Of a stretch of 32,794 bases of DNA, positions 10,055 through 20,427 are shown one piece after another. Location of the stretch: NCBI GenBank assembly GCA_023645945.1, contig JALAIB010000095.1, positions 1 through 32,794 of the forward strand, read 5' to 3'. The notes under the pieces were generated by a model. That model had not been told where the DNA came from, did no database searches, and was given only the letters and a program-made list of their open reading frames with translations. Source of the stretch: Diploschistes diacapsis (taxonomy: Eukaryota). How positions within the stretch are numbered: position 1 is the stretch's first letter; every line of letters starts with the position of its first letter. The translations under genes and the position numbers were made by a program.

Positions 10055-12305
10055 ATGGCGTCAGCCTTTCCAGTCACAAACGAAAACCAGCACCCGGACC
10101 AAGTCATGGACACCACAGAAGATCATGCCTTCCAGGAAGACAAAAACTCAACGTCAAGACCCGTTTCACCCACCGGCAAACCCACAATCTGGGTTCAAGA
10201 ACCCGTCAAAGAAACCGAAGAAGATAAGAGTGTCCAGAGCGATTCTTTCTCAAGGCAAGCCGACGTCAATCCAGGCTACACAATGACGGTCGTCAGCAGC
10301 CGCAGAAATGCAAATGGGACCATAGGCTCAGTATACTCGGGCAACAAGATCAGGTATTTGAAGAAGGATGACGGAATACCGCTATGGAGGAGAGACATAC
10401 AATACTCCTTCCTGCGCGCAGTCTTCGAAGATCCGACCAAGGCCTTCACCCTCGATGCCGATGGCACAAAAGGTCATACATTTGCAGACATCTACATCGA
10501 CGCCATGGCACGAAGCAGCAAGACTAGCAAGGTGCTCAAGGAGAAGCTCTTGAGCGATAGACAGTCCGCCGTGAACATGGCGATGATTTGTTTGTTGGTC
10601 AACGTGGGGAGGATGAACACAACACTCAACTGTAAGTTGTTAGGGAGACATCCGGGGCCTGTCGTTGACCAGGTGCAACGCTAGTCTTCCCGGAAATGCG
10701 CGCCCAGCTGCGTACCTACCACTCGATACCCTGCCTTCAAGTCCACCAGGAACCAAATTCACAATACAAAGGTCTGCAGGATGCGCCCCGACTGAAGTCC
10801 ATCCTCAAGGGGTCTTGCGAAGACACTGATCAACCGAATACCATCGAGAAAATCCAGGCAGCGAGCATCCCTCGCACGAACCCCGTAAATCTCATCTTCG
10901 TCCTCTCACAGCAGGCCCCCAAGGTCTCCGAGCAGCACTTCTTTCAGCCTCGAGACTTCTTCGACCTTGTTATCCGAAGTACGTTGAGTAGCAAGAGCAG
11001 GGCAAGGGCACTCCTTTGGCTGATATGGTGGTACTTGGAGAGCGATTACTCGAGAGAAGCAGCCTTGAACAATCCTTTCGGGGCGGGTTTGCCCAGCGAA
11101 GAGGACCCTGAGGCCATGCCGATCAAGGTGCCAGCTTTCGAACATCTCATGGAGGAGCAGGCCAATGCCGAGAACATCGATACGGAGGAGGAGAAGGAAT
11201 ATGGCGAAAGGATGAAGCAGATACGAAAGCGGATACTCGAGGAGGACGAGAATTCTGGGCCTCCAATGAAGAGAACAGCAGGACGTAAGTCAGCATTCCC
11301 TATGCTTGGATCTCCTGCCTCACACCCTCCCTATGCTAAAAGTGCATGACCTCCCCTTAACTATCTGAACCAGATTTACTCAATGACAGCCACACGGCAT
11401 CGCCAGCCCGCTCAGAGGCCGGTCGTACGCGCTCGCCCTCCCCCTCCGGAACGCCGACGCTCAATTTCCCTCGATCGAGGAAAAATGCGTTGGTCCACCA
11501 AGATAGCATGGAGAAGCCACTGGGAAGCACCCGCCTCATTCTCAAAGCCAGCCGTGCAGACCGCGGCGGCGAGACCTCTCCCGTTCCTCCTGGCGCCGGA
11601 CACGCCGTCTTCAGCTCCGCCGCCGCCCCGCATGCCCGCCGCTCCAGGCCCGAAACGTCGCACCAGCGCGCCGTCAACCAAAATCGCAAGATGCGCGCCG
11701 ACAAGATACTGCAGAAGAAGCTGGACGGCGAGCGGCGCTACGCGGTGAGAAAGAAGAGACGCGAGCTGCCGTCCATGTATCGCACCCTGAAGCGGATCTA
11801 CTACCTGCCCGTAATTTACGACTCGGAGGACGAAGCGGGTTCGCGGGGGCCCGGCGGTCTCGTACCGAGCCTGCTACTTAACGAGGATCAGGACGAAGAC
11901 TTTGGCGGGGAGGCGATGCGGTGGAAGAAGATCTTCGACAGGGTTCTACGGCGCATGGATCGCGCGGAAGGCGGAGGCCCTACGACGAAGATGGCGATAA
12001 AGGGCGAAGGTCAAGACCCGGCTCATCCATCGAGCACTATGGGGAGAGGCAAAGGTGGAAGAGGTGGCGGAGCCAAGGCAAGGGCGGCCGGGCGGAGGCG
12101 GAGCGTGCAACCCTCCATGCCTGTCGCCGATCTCGGTCGGGCGGAGACCCTGGACGACCTTGATTTGGATTTACTCGGGGAGGGCGGAGGAGGGGACGAG
12201 GAGATGCTGGATTCGGACCCAAACGAGACGGACGAGGCGGATCTGACGGAGGTGGAGGATGATTTTGCATACGCGGATCCGTATGCGGGCGTTCAGCTGA
12301 ATTGA
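10055..12305 (+). CDS. IES1: INO80 chromatin-remodelling complex subunit Ies1; predicted exons 10055-10631, 10685-11284, 11374-12305
   Basis: Conserved blocks IRYLKKDDGIPLWRRDIQYSFL and CLLVNVGRMNTTLN/FFPEMRAQLRTYHSIPCLQ...LQDAPRLKSILK. The latter is restored by removing intron 10632-10684 (GTAAGT..TAG). Second intron 11285-11373 (GTAAGT..CTTAAC..CAG) joins to the frame of ORF 11490-12305. Acidic C-terminal tail. Confidence 0.85.
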
Positions 12306-13162
12306 TAGCTTGATGGGCGCAGATAATGGACGGAGCAGGGCGAATGACATACCCGTGGTCGGGATCGGGGACTGCAATGGCGCTGTGGAATACAACATAT
12401 TATCTGAATGTGGGGACGGTGGGCAAGGCCGGCCAGGGCAAAGGCCAGCCAGTGTGCCATGGTTCTTGGAATCATCAAAGCACATCGGATCGAGGGTCGT
12501 CGAGGTTTTTGGCAAAACTTTCACGACTCCGAGGAACTTACATACGGCATTGTCTGGTGTTGATCGAGGATCGTGTAATAAAGGAACCACCTTCTGCGTG
12601 CCCCCCCCCCCCCCGGGTACCCTGACGGAACGAATTTCGCTAAAATATTTTTTGAGCCGCTATTACTGGATTAGGTAGAGAGAAAGTACCTTCATACAAA
12701 AGGCTACGTAACCTGCCGCGCGCTCAAAGTAGATACTGCCCTAATTTGGGCTAGCGGGTGTTCTACCCCTGGAGCTTTGTTCTCGAGCTCCGGGGTTCTT
12801 TTTTCTTTTTGAACCTTTTTATTTTGGTTCCACGACCTACTTTTGTTTTTTTGAGGATGCTGAACAATGAAGAGCCCTTCTTCGCTTTCACTTGAGAAAG
12901 CAGTCTGCGTATAAAATAGGGATTGGGATTTATCGGGGTTCTTGTCTCGCATGGGGGGGCGCGGGTGGCTAATTTGGGAGCACCTTAATCTACGTTGTAT
13001 ATCTACAGGGGGATAAAACGGCCCCCTCGGCTTTGGAGCATAAAATCTTTTTTCTGCTTGGGGGAAAAAAAGGTTCGGGACTTTTTTGGGAGATTCTGAC
13101 GATCCTCCTCCGCCAGAGCAGCAACGACGAAGACGCAGCAGCTTCCTGGAACACGCAGAACA

Positions 13163-14613
13163 ATGGATCGCACGTACTCCGCCGCGCCCAAGGAGCCCCT
13201 GCGCTGGCGCGTCCTCGTCTCGTGAGTTTCTCCCTCCCCCTTCCTCCGCACCCCAATACCGCACATGGCAAGCTGACCTCCCACAAATCTAGCTACATCA
13301 TCGACTACCTCCTCATCATCCTCCTCGCCATCCTCTTCCTCGCCCTCGACGCCATCGAGCCCTTCCACCAACCCTTCTCCCTCACAAACATCTCCCTGCA
13401 ATACCCCTACGCCACCCACGAGCGCGTCCCCCTCGCCACCCTCTACGTCGTCGCTGTCCTCGCGCCCGCCCTCATCATCGCTCTGTACGCCCTCGTCATC
13501 GACGGCTTCTACTCGCACCACAGAGCCCCTGGCTTGGCTTCCTCCTCCCCTGCCCCCTTCTACTCTTCTTCCCGCTGGAAGGCCCGCTGGACGCTCCGCG
13601 AGCGGCTGTGGGAGCTCAACTGCGGCCTGCTGGGCCTGGCCCTGGCGAGCGGCTCCGCGTACGTGATCACGTCGGCCCTGAAGAACGCGACGGGGAAGCC
13701 GCGGCCCGACTTCATCGCGCGGTGCTTGCCTAGGTCAGGGGCGCAGGACGCGTCGCCGTTTGGGCTGAGCAACGGTACCATCTGCACGCAGACGGACAGG
13801 AGTATCATGAAGGATGGGTACAGGAGTTTCCCGTCGGGCCACAGCAGTTCGAGCTGGGGAGGGCTGTTCTACCTCTCGCTCTACCTGGCGGGGAAAATAC
13901 ACCTGCTGGATAGCAGGGGCGAGGTGTGGAAGGTGTTTGTCGTGCTTGTGCCTACGGCGGGCGCTGCGCTGGTGGCAATCTCGAGGATCGAGGACGCAAG
14001 GCACCATCCTTTTGATGTCATCTTCGGTAGTCTTTTGGGAGCAGTGTGCGCTTTTGTCGCTTATAGGCAGTATTTCCCTAGTTTGACCGAAAGCTGGAAG
14101 AAGGGGAGGGCATACCCCATGCGGAGCTGGGGGATGGAACCCACACACCCGGGAGAGAGAGTGGTGGAGAGGAAGATGGCGAGGGACAAGGGAAGGGACG
14201 GGCTCCATAGTGCGCCGTTGCCGAACATGCATTGGGCTCCGCAGTCGCCTTCGTCGTCAGATGGCGCAGGGGCTGGGGGCCATGCAGCAGGAAGTGCCTT
14301 CCGCGAAAGGTTCGCAAACACGGAGAGGCCGAGGCAGCAGGAGTCCGACTCCGAGGCACAGAGATTTGCCGGGCCAAGTGTGCAGAGGGTGCAGAGGCTG
14401 CGGACCCATTCGAGAAATGATTCAGATTTGCACCTGGGTGGGAAGTATGCGGATCGGAGCTCAGAGGAAGGCGGGAATGAGAGCTTTGAGATGCAGAACA
14501 GGAGCCAGATGGGGATAAGGCATGGGAATCACAGTAGCGTGGATCTCCCTGGGGAGGCACAAGACGGTCCGTATGAGGACCCCGGAAGAAGAGCTTCTCA
14601 CCCGCCAGCTTGA
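13163..14613 (+). CDS. PAP2-superfamily lipid phosphate phosphatase (Dpp1/Lpp1-like); predicted exons 13163-13221, 13293-14613
   Basis: All three PAP2 catalytic motifs are present: KNATGKPRPDF (C1), SFPSGHSS (C2), SRIEDARHHPFDV (C3), with multiple TM helices. ATG 13163 (ACAATGG) plus intron 13222-13292 (GTGAGT..GCTGAC..TAG) gives MDRTYSAAPKEPLRWRVLVSYIIDY. Confidence 0.92.
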
Positions 14614-14908
14614 GGGGTGCATGGGACCATCGGCCGAATGTTTGGGTGGTTATGGATGGCTAAGTATTACTCAGGCCTGTTATGCTCGTCTTTGGGGGAG
14701 GGATATTTTGAAGTAGTCTGCGAACTTGTTATTATTCGCGACGGCCCTTGGATTGGATATACCCGTTTAATATATGGATGCATGGAAGAAAGACAACACG
14801 TGCCCGTAAATTGCATTCCGCCCTCTTTTACTGCATGGTCCGTGAGCCGACGAACGCCAGTCTCTGCCCCAGCATCTCATTAGGGCGCCTATTCGACCCG
14901 AAAACCTC

Positions 14909-15592
14909 TCACCCAAGCATCTCCCTAGCCCTCTTCTCGAACGCTCCCACCATGACCCCCGCCACCTTCTCGGCTGCCGCCTGGCTCATGGCAGCATAGA
15001 ACATATTCTTCCACTCCATCTCGATCTTCAAATCCACCTCCGTCCCCCTTCCCTCCCCCAGCCCCTCCAGCGTCCAGCGCGTACGCAGGCTCCTGAAGAT
15101 ATCGTTCCCTGCCTCCCCCACCCCGTCTCCCGAGCTCGGCGCGCTCGCGTATCCCCACCGCACCAGCTCCTGCGGCGAGAGCGACGTGGCGCCGTCCGAG
15201 CCGGACACCGCCTCGACGACCCGCCCGGGAACGCAGTAGACGCGGCTGACGAACTGCTCGGCGATGCCCTTCCACCCGACGCTCAGGCTTGCGGCTGCTG
15301 GATGCGTTGCGCCGGTGGCTCGGTCGGGAGCGGAGGAGGCGAGGACGCGGGCGCCGGTGCAGAAGGGGAGGAAGAGGGGGTAGGAGGGGATGTCGGCGAT
15401 CAGGTCGTAGAGTTCCGAGGAGGCGTAGGGAAGGGTTCTGCGGGCGTGGAGGATTTGAGGGGAGGAGGTCGGTGGCGAAAAGGGCTGGGTGAGGGGATTG
15501 GGGAGGAAGGTCCGGCGGGGTGCGTGGTTTGTTGGCCGCGCGAAGGCGTGGGCTGGGAGTGGGTGCCGAAGTGCGGCGGGCCGGATTAGCAT
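14909..15592 (-). CDS. COQ10: Coenzyme Q-binding START-domain protein COQ10, mitochondrial
   Basis: Arg-rich presequence ending RRTFL, followed by RRTLPYASSELYDLIADIPSYPLFLPFC, VGWKGIAEQFVSRVYC, IFRSLRTRW and VAGVMVGAFEKRA, typical of Coq10. Confidence 0.9.
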   Translation of the reverse strand: MLIRPAALRHPLPAHAFARPTNHAPRRTFLPNPLTQPFSPPTSSPQILHARRTLPYASSELYDLIADIPSYPLFLPFCTGARVLASSAPDRATGATHPAAASLSVGWKGIAEQFVSRVYCVPGRVVEAVSGSDGATSLSPQELVRWGYASAPSSGDGVGEAGNDIFRSLRTRWTLEGLGEGRGTEVDLKIEMEWKNMFYAAMSQAAAEKVAGVMVGAFEKRAREMLG

Positions 15593-16631
15593 TGCGCGGA
15601 GGTGGTGGAAGAGCTGCTGGCGGAAGCAAGAGCTTTGGTGGAGTCTTTGAGCGGTCGTCTTTGGTCAACTGAACGCGCGAAGGGCAATGAAAAAGAGCGG
15701 AAAGCCTGGCCAAGACTTCTAGAGCATCAGTCGGTAAAGTCGAACGTTGGCTGCTTGACAGCGCTCAATGCCCTGGCATGTATGAATTGTTCTCGATCGA
15801 TGATTCAATCAAAGTCACATAAGATGTTGGATCCGGAGATACCCGTGGCCGATTATGTGTGCGGAGATAGGTAGGAGGTATATAGTGTCGGCAGGATTCA
15901 CCGCCACGAACCTGTGAAAGAACTAGAAACCCCCGAATCCACGCTTTCTTAGCATGCTGATAAGAGGTATAAGGTAAATGTTAGGTATACTGTATGCGCT
16001 GCAATATTGGCAGCAGTAGTCCAACGGTGCTCGAGTCTATAAAACTCAAAATACGCATATTGAGCTTTTTGCAAGGATCAACCATGCACGAGCGACACAT
16101 CCCCCACCCCTGATGTCCTTCCCAGTCGACAGCGGATAGGTGCTAAGGCCACCTACTACTAGTATCAGAAAGGTTACTGGAAAGGCTATTAGAACCTAGC
16201 TCCAACGGTCGTGAACGGTGCGTATCATTGGATCGGCATTGACGTTTTCCTCCACTGTAATTTGCACGGACGTGGTTGTATCTAGTGATGATATCGCACT
16301 GGGGGGCATTGTCTGCTTGCTTGCTTGCTTGCTTGTTCGTCACCTCTTTTGCAGCCAGAGAGGGGACGGGGGGTTTTTGTCTTCTCCTCTGTGCAACAGT
16401 CTGATGTTTAAACCGGTGACTCCATTTGATTCCTGCCTCATGTATGCTGCCGTGTGACAATGCGTTGACGGCTTCAAAGTGTATGTGTGTGTGCTACAAG
16501 TACCTGCTCTCCTCCCGCCATCCCATCCTCACCCTCACTCTCGAATCCCCCAGATACAATATTCAAGTACCATCTTCATCCTCTGGACTTTGGCTCTGAC
16601 CGTTGAGTGAAAAACTCGAACATGGGTAAGA

Positions 16632-18278
16632 ATGAAAGAGAAAGCCAGAGATCGACGGCTCAAAACGGGCTGTTTGATCTGCAAGCTCCGCCATGTCAAG
16701 TGCGATGAGGAACGTCCAACATGCCGGAACTGTCGAGATGCCAATCGCCAGTGCATGGGCAACACCGGCCCTCCTGTGCCATCGACAACTTCACCTGGCC
16801 CATCCTCCTCATCCAAAGCAAAAGAGTCACCGGCCGAGGGAAGGGCTCCTAAACCACCGAGTAGCCTGCCCAATCGCACCCAATGGAGTCAGAAAGAACT
16901 CCGTTCGTTCTCGTTTGGCCTGCACAAGACAATACCTAACCTCACTCACTACTTCGAGTCCGATTTCTGGAACAAGCAAGTCCCAAGGCTTGCTCGCCGT
17001 GAGCCTGCCGTCAGACACGCTCTTACCGCGCTCGCCGCCTTTCACGAGAAGTCTAATCAGCACGACGCGATAGTCGATGCCAAAGGCAAATCGCCAGAGA
17101 CGGAAATAGACCCGGATGCCGTGGACAAGTTCTTCCTACAGCAGTACAACAAAGCGATCTTGGAGCTCCGGCCGAAGATGTCCGGCACCGGCCACCAAGG
17201 CGTCATATCTACCTTGGTGTGTTGTTACATATTCATGTGTATCGAAGGGCTTCACGGAAGACATCTGGCCATGGTGAACCACATCACAAACGGCCTGAAT
17301 GTGTATCACGAATGGATCCGGCGGATCGACCCGAACGAGAAGTTCGATGCTTCGAGCATTGAAGCGAGCGTTCTCGGGACCTTCACGCGGGTTGACTACC
17401 ACGCCGCTACCTTTATTGACAACCACGTACCGGAGCCACACAACTTGAGCATCGTTGGGCTCGCTCCGCCGGTCGACGACTTCAATCCGACCTTCGTCTC
17501 CATCGAACAAGCACGGAAACATGTCGACAGCCTGATGGGCCGAACCTTTATGTTTCTCCGCTTCTACGACGGCAGCAAGTTCGAGGAGGTTCCACTGGAC
17601 AGGATACCTCAAGAGATCAAAGACAAACATCGGGTCGTCGGCATCTGGTTGCATACTTGCGCCGTTGCCCTGGACCAGCTTGCTCATCACGTCAACTACG
17701 AAGAGTCGAAGATGTCGACCCGGAGTATGGCACTGCTCAAACTCAGGGTGAAGGTACTCAGCGTGTTCCACCGACGCTGGCCTTACGAACGGGTTCCCAA
17801 CGAGGAATGCGAGCTTGACTTCCTCTCCATCTACGAATTCGCGAAGACTTTGCTCATGGGTCACATCAAAGCATTGCTCACGCCCGAAGACAGCGACGCC
17901 AGCGTTTCCTCTCCCGACGACACCACAGAAGGACCTCCCGACGACCTGCTAAACGAATATATTCCACCTCCCCCCTCGAAGTTCGCCGACCCACCAATAT
18001 TCACCCTAGAGACGGGCATCGTCCCCGTCCTTTACTACATAGCCGTTACGACCTTGTCGCCCTCTCTCCGCCGGAACGCCATCTCCCTACTTCGAACCGC
18101 TAATCTGCGCGAGGGTCTCTGGAGCTCGGCTCGCACGGCCAATATGGCGGAGGCTCGGATCGCCGCGAACAACGGCCAGACGTGTCCCATGACGGGGGCA
18201 GACATGAGCGAGCTCACGAAGAGGCTCTGGGCGGAACTGAAGCTCGAAGGGATGACGGAAGAATGGGGAATATCGTGA
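16632..18278 (+). CDS. Zn(II)2Cys6 fungal transcription factor, 548 aa
   Basis: KTGCLICKLRHVKCDEERPTCRNCRDANRQC matches C-x2-C-x6-C-x6-C-x2-C-x6-C. It is followed by a fungal TF body region (FWNKQVPRLARREPAVRHALTALAAFHE; QYNKAI; LRRNAISLLR..REGLW). Confidence 0.92.
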   Translation: MKEKARDRRLKTGCLICKLRHVKCDEERPTCRNCRDANRQCMGNTGPPVPSTTSPGPSSSSKAKESPAEGRAPKPPSSLPNRTQWSQKELRSFSFGLHKTIPNLTHYFESDFWNKQVPRLARREPAVRHALTALAAFHEKSNQHDAIVDAKGKSPETEIDPDAVDKFFLQQYNKAILELRPKMSGTGHQGVISTLVCCYIFMCIEGLHGRHLAMVNHITNGLNVYHEWIRRIDPNEKFDASSIEASVLGTFTRVDYHAATFIDNHVPEPHNLSIVGLAPPVDDFNPTFVSIEQARKHVDSLMGRTFMFLRFYDGSKFEEVPLDRIPQEIKDKHRVVGIWLHTCAVALDQLAHHVNYEESKMSTRSMALLKLRVKVLSVFHRRWPYERVPNEECELDFLSIYEFAKTLLMGHIKALLTPEDSDASVSSPDDTTEGPPDDLLNEYIPPPPSKFADPPIFTLETGIVPVLYYIAVTTLSPSLRRNAISLLRTANLREGLWSSARTANMAEARIAANNGQTCPMTGADMSELTKRLWAELKLEGMTEEWGIS

Positions 18279-19186
18279 TGCTGGCATGACCAAGTGCGGA
18301 AAGTTTTATACTTTGTTGATACATGTTCACGATACGTGATGATTTGTACGGAGTTGTTTTCCTAGCTTGCACCAGTCCTTCCTGATAGTTCCATGGCCAG
18401 ATGGGCTTTTAGCTGGTGTGGTAAAAGGCACGTGAAGGAGCGGGAGCTGGACGAATCTCGTACAGATCAGGTAGCTCATATTTATCGAAAGACATGGAAA
18501 AAGTAATGCGATCACTGATCTTTCCAGGGCTGAGCATAAGCTTGCCTTTTGGAAATGTTTGTGCCTCGTTGACGATAGATTAGGAGTGCAAAAGAGGCCG
18601 CTGATAACCTGCACGCTGAACACACCTTCTTCCGCCAACCTTATGCTCATGCAAGAGCTCTCGAAAGATGCATTAGGTTTAGTTGCAATAATATAAAAAA
18701 GAATTCTAGGTTTTATGTTTGTTAAATTGATCTCAACCCATCTAATCAGAAAATGTTGGGGCAACAAATGATAAAAAAAAATACTGTCCACCACTGGGGT
18801 CACTACAGAGGCAGGCAGAAAGTCATAGGGCTGAGCCAAGCTTCGCCTACACTCTGCAACGGCGCGCTAGCTAACGTCAGGAGCATTTTCATCATCTCTC
18901 CTCAACAAAATTCAATTCGATTCCCTTCCCCCCCTGCGCCGCCAGCAGAGAAAAAAAACCTCGACTTCCGATCTCCCTTCCCCCCGCAAGCTTCAACCCG
19001 TTCATTCCGCCCTCGCGCTCCACCACGCGTCCCCCCACAAAGCCCAAAACAGGCGCCAGCAACTTTAAAAGGGTTCGCACTTCGGTCGGGGAAAAAAAAA
19101 AAGGGGGCTCGTTTTCTCTCTCTCCGCAACCCACCACCACCACCATCACCATCATCGTCGTTGTCGTTGTCGTTGTCGTCATCGCA

Positions 19187-19613
19187 ATGTCTCTCCTCCG
19201 CCTCCTAGCGCGCCTTGCCCGAACACCAGCGCCGGCATTCAGGCCGCCGCCGACACCGCGGCGGGGCTTGATGCTGGACGCTGCCGCCACGGCTGGCGCC
19301 GCCGCTGCTCTGCCCGCACGCGGCGCGATCCGGCCGCGGCCGGGCCCGCGGCTGCCGATGCCGATGCCGATGCAGATGCCGATGCAGGCCAGGGGGATGA
19401 AGGTGCGGAGCAGCGTGAAGAAGCTGTGCGAGGCGTGCAAGGTGCGTTGTTGTTGTTGTTGTTGTGGCTGCGCAATTCCCCACCCTTTTTTTTGGTTTTT
19501 TGGCTGACGGGTTGGTTTCGCGCGGTGTGGCTTGGCAGAGCGTGCGGCGCAAGGGCCGCGTTTATATCATCTGCTCGAATAATCCGAAACATAAGCAGCG
19601 GCAGGGGAAGTGA
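19187..19613 (+). CDS. RTC6: Mitochondrial ribosomal protein bL36m (L36); exons 19187-19441, 19539-19613
   Basis: Ala/Arg-rich presequence, then RGMKVRSSVKKLCEACK | SVRRKGRVYIICSNNPKHKQRQGK*, the canonical L36 sequence with CxxC...C...H zinc ligands. Intron 19442-19538 is GTGCGT..GCTGAC..CAG. Confidence 0.95.
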
Positions 19614-20427
19614 TGTGAAGCGATCCGAACCGAAGAGAAGTGAAGCGAAGCGGGGTTCGTTTTTGGGGATATAGACGGCGTATGGATCCCGGGCGAGAGG
19701 GGGGGGGGGTGCAGTTGGTCGAGAGGAGAAGAGGTAGGGGCTGGTGGGTGCTGCGGCTGGCCATGGGCTGTCGATATGGCGTTGCAAGTTCTTGCGTATG
19801 GAGCGAGCGAGGCAGAGGGCTGTTATAGCGCATGGCAGCGTCCCGGAGAGCTTCTCGGGCTCTTCACATGTGCGGCTGGCGCGTAGGTAGGTGTCGAGGG
19901 AAAGGGGATTGGAGACCTTCTGCCGTTGACGACGCAACTCCGCGGTTCAGGCAGACTTATGTTGTGGGCACGGGGGGGACGGGGTTCTTTGTTTACTAGC
20001 ACGAGACGATATCTTTGCATACAACCAATGTTCCCGGGAACGAGTCTGGGGGAGGAATGATATAAACAATGGAAGAACACGCCCGTGCTACTCGCGAGAA
20101 GCATTGCACGTCACTTGTTCCCTTTACTCGTTTGCTTTCAAGCCCTGCAAAATGTTGGCGCTTTAAATTCCTTGCCGCTTATCATTCCTTGCGTTCAGAA
20201 TGCCCTGCACTGTGGGCTGGATGGTGGATCGAGTAGAGAAAGGGCTCAAGGTGGCAGAAGGAGGATCGTAAGTCAAGTTCTTGTTATTGTTATTTTCCTT
20301 TTTTTCCGGAATTATAGTTCTGGGATGTTTCCTCCAACCTCCCACTTTCCAAGCGTAGTGAGTAGACCCTCCGAATCCTACTCTGACGCCCTCGATACGG
20401 CCGACGTACTAGGCTCCAAAAAAAAAC

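Noticed and set aside
12601..12614. C14 homopolymer (also G-runs near 5487-5500 and 19699-19709)
   Set aside because: Simple homopolymers in intergenic or UTR DNA. They lack four well-spaced G-tracts and are prone to sequencing length error.
13033..13162. N-terminal extension of the 526-aa PAP2 ORF in the track
   Set aside because: It starts at a TTG and reads through UTR and a canonical intron. The spliced model from ATG 13163 is more plausible.
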